A stretch of 64,000 nt of DNA from an uncultured Acidobacteriota bacterium. GTDB lineage: Bacteria > Acidobacteriota > Thermoanaerobaculia > Thermoanaerobaculales > Sulfomarinibacteraceae. The stretch's first letter is position 1; every line of letters starts with the position of its first letter. The notes under the pieces are model-generated. The model was given only the letters and a program-made list of their open reading frames with translations, had not been told where the DNA came from and searched no databases. Both the position numbers and the translations under genes were made by a program. Positions 17,159 through 30,578 of this stretch are shown one piece after another. The stretch lies in assembly GCA_963753035.1 (NCBI GenBank), contig CAVWAW010000023.1, positions 14,944-78,943 on the forward strand. The letters are read 5' to 3'.

Positions 17159-18184
17159 CTATCGCAGATTCGCCCGCACCGGAACGGTCACTTTGGGGAA
17201 GTCGTTGTCAGTGGTGGCCAGGGTCAGGGTCGCGTCGCGGGACCCCGGGTCGGCATCCGCCTTGACCGTCACGGTCACCTGATAGCGGCGACCCTCTTCG
17301 ATGGTCGCCACCTGAGCGGCAAAGGCCGGATCATCGACCGTCGCTCCGGTGATCTCGATCCGGCTGCCGTCGGTCCGGTTGTTGACGACGATGAGGTTGC
17401 GGCCCGGCCGCATCTTGGATTCGACCGAACCGAACTGAACCTGTGCCGGGGTCACATGGATGAGCGCACGAACCACGCCGTAGACCTTGACCGGGACCGT
17501 GGGCGCTTCCTTGAGATCGGTGTTGACCGAAAGGACCGCATTGACGGGGCCGACCGGTGTGTCGTCGGTCAGCGAGATGGTCACTTCGTACTGGGTCTTC
17601 GATTTACCTTTGACGAGCTCGTCTTCACCCAACTTCCGCACTGAGGTCGCGATGAAGGGCACGCTGCTTTCGACGCTCTTGATCTTCATCGTCTGTTCGG
17701 GATCCGCACCCACGACGATGAAGGTCTGGTTCATGGGCTCGTGCATCACGGCGTTAAAGCGAATCAAAGGCCGTGGCAGGATCTCCACAAAGGGCCGGAT
17801 ATCCGCCTTGATGACGAGGGTCACCGTCGGGTTCTGGGGATCGTCGGTCATGACGAGGATCGACTTGGAGACCGGCCCCGAAAAATCCTTGGTGTCGAGC
17901 TTGGCTTTGATCTGGCCGGTGGCACCGGCGGCAATCTCGGGATCGAAGTCGGCCACGGTGCAACCGCAGGTCGGGCGGACCGCCTTGATGACGAGCTTGG
18001 CGTCGCCTTCGTTGACGAGATCGAAGACGGCGTCGACAGTCACACCCTGGGCTACGGTTCCGATGTCAACGATCTTCGAGGGCACCACCAGCATCGGGCT
18101 GCCGTCGGTCTGGGCGTAAGCCGTCGCGGCGCCGATCATCATGGCCGCGAATGCGAGAAATCTGAGGTGTTGTTTGTTGAGCAT
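17159..18184 (-). CDS. secreted DUF1573 repeat protein
   Basis: Start at MLNKQHLRF with a signal peptide ending AYAQ. DUF1573 hallmark VVPSKIVDIGTVAQG...VRPTCGCTVADF, followed by two further Ig-like repeats. Confidence 0.8.
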   Translation of the reverse strand: MLNKQHLRFLAFAAMMIGAATAYAQTDGSPMLVVPSKIVDIGTVAQGVTVDAVFDLVNEGDAKLVIKAVRPTCGCTVADFDPEIAAGATGQIKAKLDTKDFSGPVSKSILVMTDDPQNPTVTLVIKADIRPFVEILPRPLIRFNAVMHEPMNQTFIVVGADPEQTMKIKSVESSVPFIATSVRKLGEDELVKGKSKTQYEVTISLTDDTPVGPVNAVLSVNTDLKEAPTVPVKVYGVVRALIHVTPAQVQFGSVESKMRPGRNLIVVNNRTDGSRIEITGATVDDPAFAAQVATIEEGRRYQVTVTVKADADPGSRDATLTLATTDNDFPKVTVPVRANLR

Positions 18185-18269
18185 CGAAGTGCCTCCTTGT
18201 GGTCTTCCTTCCAACAAGGGACAATCGTAGAAACCGGGCCGTCGACTCGCAACCCGGGAAGGCGAAGAG

Positions 18270-19691
18270 TTGCAAGACCTTTACCGAAAATCCGAACGGT
18301 TGTACTTCCTGCCCATCGGGGGAACCGCCATGGCTCCGCTCGCCGGTCTGCTGCAGGCCGCGGGCCATGATGTCCGCGGCGTCGACAGCGGTCTTTACCC
18401 GCCCATGAGCACGCTGCTCGATGAGCTCGGGATCGTCGCCAGGATCGGGTGGGACCCGGCTCAAATCCCGGCCGATCTCGACCGGGTCATCATCGGCAAT
18501 GCGGTGCCCCGAGATAATCCCGAGGTCGCGGCGATCCTCGAGCGGGGCATCCCTTTCATCTCGCAGGCGGAAGCCGTGGCGCACTACGTTCTCGCAAGGG
18601 GCCAGCGAAGCCTTGTCGTGGCCGGCACCCACGGCAAGACCACCACGTCGTCTCTCCTCGCCTGGATCCTCGAATCCTGCGACACCGATCCGAGCTATCT
18701 CGTGGGCGGTCTACCGGTGTGGAACCGACGCGGATTTCGGCTCGGCGATGGCGAATGGATGGTCATCGAGGGCGACGAGTACAACACCGCCTTCTTCGAT
18801 CGCGGACCCAAGTTCCTCCACTACCGGCCCCATCTCTTCATCCTCGGCCCCGTGGAGTACGACCACGCCGATCTCTATCCGAGCCTCGATGCCGTCCTGA
18901 CCGCCTTTCGCGCCGGTTCGGCACAGGTCCCGAAAGTCGGGGCGGTGGTGGTAAACGCCTGGTCCGATCACGCCCTCGCCGCCACCCGCGATGCCACCGC
19001 ACCGGTGGTGAAGGTGGGTTCCGAAACCGGCTGCGATCTCGTCCTCGGCGAGTGGGAACCGACCCCCGAAGGCGGCAAGGCGACGCTGCGGTGGCGCGGC
19101 GTGTCCATGGAGCTGTCGCTGCCTCTCGCAGGCTTCCACAACGCCCAGAACGCCGCGCTCGCATTGGCTGCGGCCCTCACCGTCGGGCTTGCCCCGGATC
19201 AGGTGTTGGCCGCGCTGGCCCGGTTTCCCGGCGTCGCCCGGCGCATGGAGACCCGGGGCGAAGCAGCCGGAATCACCGTCATCGACGACTTCGCCCATCA
19301 CCCCACGGCCATCGGCGTCACCATCGCGGCGGCCCGGCAGCGTTGGCCCGGACGGCGGATCGTGGTCGCCTTCGAACCGCGCTCGCTCACCGCTGCCAGA
19401 CGCGATTTCGGTGACGCGTATCTCGAGGCGCTGTCGGGCGCAGATCTCGCGCTCGTCGCCGCACCCTTCCACAGCGGCCGCCTCGCCGACGATGAGATCC
19501 TCGACCGGGATGGCCTCGCCCGCGAGCTCGCGGCGAACGGTGTGCAGTCCTTGATGCCGGAATCGGGAACCGACGTGGTCGCGGTGCTGCTGCCTCATCT
19601 TGCGGCCGGAGACGTCGTCCTCGGCTGCTCCTCGGGCAGCTTCGACGGATTCCACACGAGGCTGCTCGAGGCGCTTGAACGAGGCGCGTGA
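18270..19691 (+). CDS. mpl: UDP-N-acetylmuramate:L-alanyl-gamma-D-glutamyl-meso-diaminopimelate ligase
   Basis: YFLPIGGTAMAPLAGLL...GTHGKTTTSS...EGDEYNTAFFD, Mur ligase/Mpl type. The true start may be TTG at 18300. Confidence 0.85.
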   Translation: MQDLYRKSERLYFLPIGGTAMAPLAGLLQAAGHDVRGVDSGLYPPMSTLLDELGIVARIGWDPAQIPADLDRVIIGNAVPRDNPEVAAILERGIPFISQAEAVAHYVLARGQRSLVVAGTHGKTTTSSLLAWILESCDTDPSYLVGGLPVWNRRGFRLGDGEWMVIEGDEYNTAFFDRGPKFLHYRPHLFILGPVEYDHADLYPSLDAVLTAFRAGSAQVPKVGAVVVNAWSDHALAATRDATAPVVKVGSETGCDLVLGEWEPTPEGGKATLRWRGVSMELSLPLAGFHNAQNAALALAAALTVGLAPDQVLAALARFPGVARRMETRGEAAGITVIDDFAHHPTAIGVTIAAARQRWPGRRIVVAFEPRSLTAARRDFGDAYLEALSGADLALVAAPFHSGRLADDEILDRDGLARELAANGVQSLMPESGTDVVAVLLPHLAAGDVVLGCSSGSFDGFHTRLLEALERGA

Positions 19692-19815
19692 AGAGTTCTC
19701 CCAGAGACATCGCACGTCGCAACCACAAAGACACCAAGACACGAAGGCGACACAAATACATCGCACTGGGGCCGGATCGTTTCGGCAGTCCGCGTCGGCA
19801 CTGGTCACCGAGGCG

Positions 19816-19985
19816 CATAGTGGAACCGCAAAGCCGCTAAGGTCGCAAAGGTGCCGCAAAGTTTTTGCTGACTCATCGCAGACATCGAGGCGGAATGACG
19901 CGTTCCGGTTAGCAGAGAGCCCGGGTCAAAACCGCGATGCTTTGCGGGATCTTCGCGATCTTCGCGTCTTGGCGGTTCCATTGTG
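19816..19985. repeat. long imperfect hairpin repeat (family 3), second copy
   Basis: Arms are CATAGTGGAACCGCAAAGCCGC...CGCAAAG (19816-19861) and CTTTGCGGGATCTTCGCGATCTTCGCGTCTTGGCGGTTCCATTGTG (19940-19985). They look largely complementary by eye (not counted). Contains a tandem ATCTTCGCG. Confidence 0.7.
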
Positions 19986-20105
19986 CCTTCCGGCACGGAT
20001 CGCGGCTGCCGGAAGTCCAAATTCGCAGCGGTTGTCCTACCAGCACCTTGGAGAAGCTACCGATGTTTCGGTCGCGGACACGCAGCTGTGCCACAATGCG
20101 CGCCC

Positions 20106-22305
20106 ATGAGCAGACTCACCGACGATCTCAACGACCCCCAGCGTGAAGCAGTCTCCTACGGCACCGGACCGTTGTTGGTTCTCGCCGGCGCGGGTTCGGG
20201 CAAGACCCGTGTCCTGACCTACCGTATCGCCTATCTCCTGGCCAACGACATGGCCCAAGACACCGAGATCACCGCCGTGACATTCACCAACAAGGCCGCC
20301 CTCGAGATGCGCGAGCGGGTCGAGACCCTCCTCGGCCAGCCACTGCGCGGCGGTTTTGTCGGCACCTTCCACCGCTGGTCATTGGAGATCCTGCGCCGCG
20401 ACCCGCAGGCCGCCGGTCTGCCCCGGCGCTTTGTCATCGCCGACACCGACGAACAGCGCCAGATGATCAAACGCGAGCTCAAGAAACTCGGCCTCGATCC
20501 CAAGGAGCACCCGCCCCGCGCCCTGCTCGGGCCGCATCTCCGGTCTCGTCAACCGCGGCATCAGCCAATCGACGCTTTGCCTCCCGCGCCGCCGACTCCC
20601 AGTCGGAGCTCCTCGCCCGCATCTGGGAGGGCTACGAGGCGCGAAAAAGGGCTGCCGGTGCGGTGGATTTCGACGATATGCTGGTGCTCGCGCGAGATGT
20701 TCTGAAAGACAACGCCGAGATCCGCAGCCGGATTCAGAACCGCGCCCGTTGGCTCCTGGTCGATGAGTTCCAGGACACCAACGCCCTCCAGATGGATCTT
20801 CTCTCAATCGTGCTCTCGGGCGAACGCAACCTCACCGCGGTCGGTGATGAGGACCAATCCATCTATCGTTGGCGCGGCGCCGAGATGGACAACATCCTCG
20901 CCTTCGAACGCCACTTCCCGGGTGCATCGGTGGTCAAGCTCGAGGAGAACTATCGCTCCACCGCGCCCATCCTGGCCACCGCCGGCGCCCTCATCGCCGC
21001 CAACCATCAACGGCGGGGCAAGACACTCTTCACCAGCCGCGAGGGCGGCGAGGCGGTACGGCTCTATGTCGGCTCGGATGAGCGGGCCGAGGCGCGCTGG
21101 GTCGCCGACCGATTCCAGGAGCTGCAGCGCCGGTACTCGCTCGGCGAGATGGCGGTGCTCATGAGGACCAACGCCCAGACGCGCTCCTTCGAAGAAGAAT
21201 TCACCAGCCGACACATGGCCCACCGGGTCATCGGCGGGCTCCGATTCTGGCAACGGGCCGAGGTCAAGGACGCCCTCGCCTATCTCCGCCTCGTCCTTCG
21301 ATCCGATGACACCATCGCCTTCGAGCGGGTGGTCAACGTGCCCACCCGCGGAATCGGCGCCGCCACCATCGACATTCTCCGTACCCGAGCCGACCGCGAC
21401 GGCACCACCGTGGTCGAGGCCGCTCGTCAAGCTTCCGGACGAACTCAGTCCCCGGGCGCGGATCTCCCTCGAGCGTTTCTTCCGGATCCTCGACGAGGCC
21501 CGCGAGCAACGAACCGAGCTCGATCCCGGGGATCTCGTCGGCTGGCTGCTCGAAGCCTCGGGATTGCTCGCGATGTACGACGGCGACAACGAGGAGAAGA
21601 CGGCTCGGCGCGAAAACCTCCAGCAGCTGGCGGCGGCGGTGGCCGAGGCCGCCGGGCGGGGCCAGGATCTCGAGGCCTTTCTCGACGCCATCTCCCTGCT
21701 CGAGGATCAGGACGAGGAATCCACCCCCGACGCCATCAGCCTCATGACCCTGCACGCCGCCAAGGGCCTCGAGTTCGATGTCGTGATCCTCGCCGGTTTC
21801 GAGGACGGTCTGCTGCCCCACTCCAACTCGCGCGATGAACCCGAGTCGCTGGAGGAGGAACGGCGGCTCGCCTATGTCGGGATGACCCGCTCCCGACGAT
21901 GGCTCGCCATGACCGTCGCCGCGGACTCGATTCCTCTTCGGAACACGGCTCCGGACCCGCCCATCAAGATTTCTCGAGGAGCTGCCCGAGGACTGCTACA
22001 GCGATGTCTCGGACTCTCCCCTGACCGCATCGCCGTCGAGCTTCGGTCTCGGCGCTCCGGCGACCGCGGCTCGATCTCCACGTCCCGGCCCGGCGGGCCG
22101 CTCGACGAAGAAGGTCGCGGCGACGGTGGTCGACGAATCGGGTCAGGGGTGGCGGCCCGGCGACCGGGTCCGGCACGGCAAGTTCGGAACCGGGGTGGTC
22201 CTCGCCTGCCAGGGCACCGGACCCCGCCTCAAGCTGGTGGTCTTCTTCGACCGAGCAGGGAGAAAAACCCTCGTCCCGACAATCGCCAAACTCGATCGGC
22301 TCTGA
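20106..22305 (+). pseudogene. uvrD: UvrD/PcrA-type DNA helicase II interrupted by four +1 frame disruptions
   Basis: Homology runs through four frames. Frame 1: MSRLTDDLNDPQREAV..GAGSGKTRVLT...PRALLG. Frame 2: RISGLVNRGISQ. Frame 3: FASRAADSQ..VDFDDML..VDEFQDTN..GDEDQSIYRWRGA..NYRST...TTVVEAAR. Frame 4: LPDELSPRARISLERFF...LHAAKGLEF..RLAYVGMTRS..TVAA. Frame 5: SRFLFG..PSRFLEELPED...KLDRL stop at 22303. Shifts are near 20530, 20578, 21430 and 21924. Confidence 0.85.
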
Positions 22306-22309
22306 CCTG

Positions 22310-22697
22310 CCATCGCACCATCGCATTCTCAACGCAAAGGCGCAGAGCCATCGCGAAGATTGGCTCACATTGACACGGAACACGCGTAGCATTCTTCGGC
22401 ACCGCACCTCCAGGAAGCGAATGCCCCGAGGTCATCTCGGGCGACGTCCGGCTTCTGGAGATTCGCCGGAATCTGACAGAGTCCGTGCGATGACCCATTG
22501 TTGCGATGTTGAGTCTCAGCGCCTTTGCGCCTTTGCGCCTCTGCGTTGAAGTGCGATGGTGCGACGGCCCTAGCCTGCGATGGCTCTGCGTCTCTGCGTC
22601 TCTGCGTTGAAATGCGATGGACCGATGGCCCCGACCATTGCGATGACAGAGGAATATCCATGCACCTCGATCTGTGTCCTTCTGTGTGATCCGTGAC
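22310..22697. repeat. long-hairpin repeat (family 2) with 8-mer tandem repeats (CCTTTGCG, TCTCTGCG)
   Basis: Left arm is CCATCGCACCATCGCATTCTCAACGCAAAGGCGCAGAGCCATCGC (22310-22354). Right arm is GCGATGGCTCTGCGTCTCTGCGTCTCTGCGTTGAAATGCGATGG (22577-22620). Tail is ATCTGTGTCCTTCTGTGTGATCCGTG (22669-22694). Related to 55660-55790. Confidence 0.7.
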
Positions 22698-22775
22698 CGT
22701 GTGGGGATCGGCTGCGGTCTCCCTCCGGGAACCTGGTGAAGCTGATCCGCGTACAATGCACCGTTGGAGGCTCGA

Positions 22776-23311
22776 ATGAACGAATGGCATCACACGACTG
22801 TGTTGGCGGTCCGCCGTGAGGGAACCGTAGCCGTCGGTTCCGATGGTCAGGTGACCCTCGGCAACACGGTCATCAAACACGGCGCCGCCAAGGTTCGTAC
22901 CCTGGCCGGTGGCAAAGTCCTGGCCGGTTTCGCCGGTTCGGTAGCCGACGCACTCGCCCTCTTCACCCGCTTTGAAGCCAAGCTGGAGGCCTACGGCCAA
23001 AACCTCGAACGGGCAGCGGTGGAACTCGCCCGCGACTGGCGCACCGACAAGGCCCTTCGCCACCTCGAAGCCATGCTCATCACCGCCGACCGCAGCACGA
23101 CCCTGCTGGTCTCGGGCACCGGCGAAGTTCTGTCGCCCGATGACGACGTGGTGGCCGTCGGATCCGGCGGATCCTACGCCCTCGCGGCGGCGCGGGTCCT
23201 GATCAAGCACACCGAGATGCCGGCCGCGGAGATCGTCCGCGAAGCGCTCACGGTCGCCGCATCCATCGACATCTACACCAACGACCACATCACCATCGAG
23301 GAGCTGAGCAC

Positions 23312-23315
<4 letters not shown>
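22776..23315 (+). CDS. hslV: ATP-dependent protease subunit HslV
   Basis: [44 protein letters not shown] 22776 lies 5 nt after GGAGG; the track ORF starts 12 nt earlier at TTG. Confidence 0.92.
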
Positions 23316-24646
<1,331 letters not shown>

Positions 24647-24670
24647 GCTGGACCCGGTGTTTTCATCCCG

Positions 24671-25755
24671 GTGAGATCAGCCCGCGGGTGGGGCGCGGTT
24701 GCATTCGCGGCGGCGGCACCGTTTCTTGCCGCCGGATGCGGTATCAAAGGTCCGCCCCTGCCACCGGTGATCCGCATCGCCGATCCGACCCGAGACCTGA
24801 GTGTTTTCCAGGAGAATCAACAGGCCATCCTCAGTTGGAGCTATCCCTCGAGCACGACCTCGGGGGAGTCCCTGCACGATCTGGAATCGGTGGAACTCTG
24901 GCGGGCCACCCTGATCGAGGTGGAGGCGCCCCCGCCCGGTGAGAGCGCCCGTGATCGGGAACTCAACCGCCAGCTGCTGGTCTCCAACGGCGAACGTATC
25001 GCGGTCCTCGACCGTTCGGGGCTCGATGCCGCCACCCGCGGGTCGAAACTCGAGTGGTATGACAACCTCGAGGTGTGGCGTCGTGACAATCCATCCGAAG
25101 AGCCGCAGATGATCTGGTACGCGGTGCGCAGCGTCTGCTGTCACGGCCGGGAATCGGGGCTCTCGAACATCGCCCGCATCGTTCCGTCGGTGCCGCCTGC
25201 GCCTCCCACCGAGCTCGTCCTCGAGGCGGAAGCCAAGGGAATTCGGCTCTCGTGGGTTCCCCATGAGGAGCTTCGTGTGATCGTGGAACGATCATCCGAC
25301 GCCGAGCTCTGGTTCGCCGTCACCGGCAAGCCGTTGACCACCGGAGAGTGGCTCGACCGCAATGCCGGTCAGGGTCAGGGCTGGAACTACCGTTTGCGAT
25401 CGGTGCGGCGAATCGAGAATGGTCCACGGGTCATCGGTGAACCGTGCACACCGGTCGGTCTCTTCTATCCGGACATCTATCCGCCGGCGGCCCCGGCCGA
25501 TCTGGTCTGCCTGCCCGAGGGTGAGCGAGTCCGATTGCGCTGGCGATCGGTGGCCACGGCCGATTTCTATCAGCGTTTCCCGCGAGCACCGAGGGCTCGG
25601 CCTCGAAGATCCTCGCGACCGAGATCAGAGCCGTCCAGTTCGAGGACAACGCGCCGCCTCCGAGGACATCGATTTACAGCGTCACCGCCGTCGATCTCGC
25701 CGGCAACGAAAGCGAGGCCGCCACCTGCATCGCGGCCCGCGGATCGAGCCCGTGA
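24671..25755 (+). CDS. lipoprotein with LptM/YifL-like N-terminus and FN3-like domains; apparent 1-nt deletion-type frameshift near 25573
   Basis: Lipobox FLAAGC, then GIKGPPLPP (compare the E. coli YifL CGLKGPLYFPP). The track ORF (24671-25834) turns Arg/Pro-rich after ...ADFYQ. The -1 frame instead reads AFPASTEGSASKILATEIRAVQFEDNAPPPRTSIYSVTAVDLAGNESEAATCIAARGSSP and stops at 25753-25755, overlapping the dapF GTG. Confidence 0.7.
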
Positions 25756-26546
25756 GATCTCATCTGGTCAAGGTCGAAGGAGCGGGCAACGATTTCCTGC
25801 TCGGCACCGGCGCCTGGGCGCAACGACTCTGTGAAGAAGCCTCCCTGGCGATCCAACTCTGCGATCGCCGCCGCGGTGTCGGCGCCGACGGCACCCTCGC
25901 GGTTTTTGTTGAAGGAAACAGCACGATCCGCCTCGTCCACCGCAACGCCGACGGCTCAGCATCAGCCTTCTGCGCCAATGGCACCCGCTGCGCCGCCCGC
26001 GCGGCCGTCGAGTTGCTCGGTCTGCCCCGAAACCTGCTGGTCTCCACCGGCTGGGTCGAGATCCCGGCCGTGGTCCGGGGCGCCGAGGTGTCCCTCGAAC
26101 TGCCGCCGCCGACGGCTCCGGTGGACCGCACTCTCGGGACCGATCGCGGCGTCTGGCACGGCCGCCAACTCGAACTCGGCACGCCTCATCTGGTCGTCCC
26201 CGTCGACGATGTCGACACCGTCGCCGTCGAAGCGGTGGCGCCGGCCTTGAGGCGTCATCCAGAGCTCGGTCCGGATGGCGCCAATGTCCACTTCGTCACG
26301 CGCGACTCGGACCCCCTCCGGATCCGCTCCTTCGAGCGGGGGGTCGAGGCCGAGACCCTGTGCTGCGGCTCGGGTGTCGTCGTCTCGGCCCTGCTGGCCC
26401 TCGAAGGCGGCAACGCGGATGCCATCGTTGTCGAACCGCTGTCGGGCGACCGGCTCACGGTGGAGGCCCTCGGCCAGCCTCCGGCGTCACCGAGTCGACT
26501 TACCGGACCGGCCAGGCTTGTCGCGGAGATCGAGATCCTCAGCTGA
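25752..26546 (+). CDS. dapF: diaminopimelate epimerase
   Basis: Start at GTG 25752 (GTGA overlap with the upstream stop): VRSHLVKVEGAGNDFLL...NADGSASAFCANGTRC...ETLCCGSG. The N-terminal 130 aa of the track ORF are non-homologous. Confidence 0.9.
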   Translation: MRSHLVKVEGAGNDFLLGTGAWAQRLCEEASLAIQLCDRRRGVGADGTLAVFVEGNSTIRLVHRNADGSASAFCANGTRCAARAAVELLGLPRNLLVSTGWVEIPAVVRGAEVSLELPPPTAPVDRTLGTDRGVWHGRQLELGTPHLVVPVDDVDTVAVEAVAPALRRHPELGPDGANVHFVTRDSDPLRIRSFERGVEAETLCCGSGVVVSALLALEGGNADAIVVEPLSGDRLTVEALGQPPASPSRLTGPARLVAEIEILS

Positions 26547-27053
26547 TCAGAGTAGATAAACGGCTAACGCGAGGGGGATGGCTGCATAGCAGGCGGCCGC
26601 CACATCATCGGCCATGATCCCGAGGCCACCGTGGAGCGCCTCGAAACGCTTCACCGGCCACGGTTTGGCGACATCGAAGAACCGGAAGAGAAAAAACCCC
26701 GCGATGGCCACAAGCCCGAGACCCAGTGGGGTCTGGGGTTCGAGCAAAAGCAGCGCCGGCGCCACGGTCAACCACTGACCGACCACCTCGTCGATGACCA
26801 CCGGGCCGGGGTCGCCATTGCCGCGGCGGGCGCTCTCGGTCTGCGATGCCCAGATACCCGCGCCGAAGACCACCACCGAGCCCACGAGGGTGGCCGCGAG
26901 CCGAGCGGACGGTGTCGGAAGATAGAGCATCGCCATCCACCATCCGATGATGGCCGGCAGCGAACCCGCGGTGGTCCCCGGGGCCGGGAGCTTGTCGCCG
27001 AGACCGAGGACCGTGGAGAAGTGGTAGGCGATGCGTTCTTTGGTGGACTTCAC
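26547..27053 (-). CDS. pgpA: phosphatidylglycerophosphatase A
   Basis: LGLGDKLPAPGTTAGSL...DPGPVVIDEVVGQW...FRFFDVAKPWPV...GGLGIMADDV. Start tentatively at GTG 27053 (VKSTKERIAYHF); no obvious RBS. Confidence 0.85.
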   Translation of the reverse strand: MKSTKERIAYHFSTVLGLGDKLPAPGTTAGSLPAIIGWWMAMLYLPTPSARLAATLVGSVVVFGAGIWASQTESARRGNGDPGPVVIDEVVGQWLTVAPALLLLEPQTPLGLGLVAIAGFFLFRFFDVAKPWPVKRFEALHGGLGIMADDVAAACYAAIPLALAVYLL

Positions 27054-27175
27054 CGGAGGATCGTAGCAGACGGGCGAACGCCAAGGGAATCGCGATGGGA
27101 AGGGATGCCAGGCACCCAGTCCGCGTTCTCCGAGTGCTCGCGATACTCGGTTGTCCACGGAATTACTCGACCGAA

Positions 27176-29002
<1,827 letters not shown>

Positions 29003-29103
29003 ATCTCGCCTCCCCGCGGGTTTCCTCGCTCAGTGCAACCGATCTTTGACCACCATTATGGCGAAACAATGGCGGAATCCGAGCATTCTGCTCACTCGGT
29101 CGA

Positions 29104-30201
29104 TCAACCCCGTGCGGCCCGCTTGCTCTCGAGGGCCGCCATGAGCTCGTCAAACGCATCGGAGAACGAAACGACTCCATCGGTCTGAAGCTGGGTCGTC
29201 ACCGCATCGAGATCGATCCCGAGCTCACCGAGCCGGGTCAGCATCGCCTCGTCCTCGTCAAAGGACTCGGCAACCCTGGACCGGGGTCGACCGTGGTCGC
29301 GGTAGGCTTCGAGGGTGGCCGTGGGCAAGGTGTTGACCGTATCGGGGCCGACCAACTCTTCGACATACAGCACGTCGAGATAGTCGGGGTTCTTGGTGCT
29401 GGTCGAGGCCCACAGCGGCCTCTGGACCTGGGCTCCTCTCGCGGACATGTCGGCAAACTTCGGATGGTGAAAGAGCTCGAGGAATCGGCGATAGGCGAGT
29501 CTCGAGTTCGCGATGGCGGCGCGGCCTCGGAGCCCGAGCGCCTCATCGGATCCGAGTGCATCGAGGGCCGCGTCGACCTTGGAGTCGACTCGGCTGACAA
29601 AGAACGATGCCACCGACGCCACTCCCGATGGGTCGTCCCGCCGTTCGAGGCCGCGAAGATAGGCCGTGGCAACCGCCTCATAGTCGGCAAGGGAGAACAT
29701 GAGCGTCGCGTTGACGTTGATCCCCGCCGCGATGAGGTTTTCAATGGCCGGGATCCCCGCCGCCGTCGCCGGCACCTTGATCATGAGGTTCGGCCTGTCG
29801 ACGGCCTTCCACAGCCGGTGGGCCTCGGCCTCGGTTCCTTCGGTGTCGTGGGCGAGGTGGGGCGAGACCTCGAGGCTGACGAATCCATCGGTGCCCACCG
29901 ACCCGGTGTAGACCGGCGCGAGGATGTCGGCCGCCATCTGGATATCGGTGATGGCAAGCGCCTCGTAGAGGGCCTCGGTGGACGCCTCGGGGTGCGCTTC
30001 GAGGAATGCGTCGATGTCTGCGTCATAGGACTCGGAGCCGGTGATGGCCGCCTTGAAGATGGACGGGTTCGAGGTCACACCGCGGATTCCGTCTTCGACT
30101 ACGAGTTTGTCGAGTCCGCCGCCGGTGAGCAGGTCGCGTTCGATATAGTCGAGCCACGCCGCCTGTCCGTGCTCCTCCCACAATGCCTTGAGTGGATTCA
30201 T
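29104..30201 (-). CDS. tal: transaldolase
   Basis: WLDYIERDLL...GVTSNPSIF...MIKVPAT motifs; 365 aa. Confidence 0.92.
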   Translation of the reverse strand: MNPLKALWEEHGQAAWLDYIERDLLTGGGLDKLVVEDGIRGVTSNPSIFKAAITGSESYDADIDAFLEAHPEASTEALYEALAITDIQMAADILAPVYTGSVGTDGFVSLEVSPHLAHDTEGTEAEAHRLWKAVDRPNLMIKVPATAAGIPAIENLIAAGINVNATLMFSLADYEAVATAYLRGLERRDDPSGVASVASFFVSRVDSKVDAALDALGSDEALGLRGRAAIANSRLAYRRFLELFHHPKFADMSARGAQVQRPLWASTSTKNPDYLDVLYVEELVGPDTVNTLPTATLEAYRDHGRPRSRVAESFDEDEAMLTRLGELGIDLDAVTTQLQTDGVVSFSDAFDELMAALESKRAARG

Positions 30202-30407
30202 TCCGCATCCTCCGTTGGGTCGTTTTGCGCCACCGTCATCGTGGCCGGGTCAGGGTACCACCCTCGTTCAGCCCGTGCCCGTGCCCACCTCCGAGTCCGT
30301 AACCGTTCCCGTTCCCGAAATGATCCGCTCCCGCTCTTGAATTCTAGCGGCAGGGGCAGAGACTGCGTCGGTGGCAGAGGCAGTGCGCAGGCCCTAATTG
30401 ACCGCGG

Positions 30408-30559
30408 GAAAGGGGCGTGCGGCGGGGTGCCGGGTACGCCATTGTGCAGGAACCGCCATCCGGCACCGCCACGCGCTACGCTCAATGGCGCTACCGGGCT
30501 CCCTCGGGAGGCGCGACGATCTTCGGCCTTCTGGGACGTCCGACGTCCCAGAAGGCCGG
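30408..30559 (+). repeat. mosaic repeat, partial copy R3 (module B plus H2, no H1)
   Basis: GGGGCGTGCGGCGGGGTGCCGGGTACGCCATTGTGC...GCTCAATGGCGCTACCGGGCTCCCTCGGGAGGCGCGAC, then a 17-bp palindrome CGGCCTTCTGGGACGTC-c-GACGTCCCAGAAGGCCG. It abuts the glmU stop codon. Confidence 0.8.
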
Positions 30560-30578
30560 AGTCGATTTCCGTCGGCGC

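Noticed and set aside
22306-22775. A small protein or sRNA gene between uvrD and hslV.
   Set aside because: The region is fully accounted for by the family 2 hairpin and tandem repeats. It has no RBS-start pairs with conserved coding potential.
29003-29103. A glmS ribozyme upstream of glmS.
   Set aside because: Only about 100 nt separate the tal stop from the glmS start. I could not find the conserved ribozyme core, and the class is not expected in this kind of diderm.
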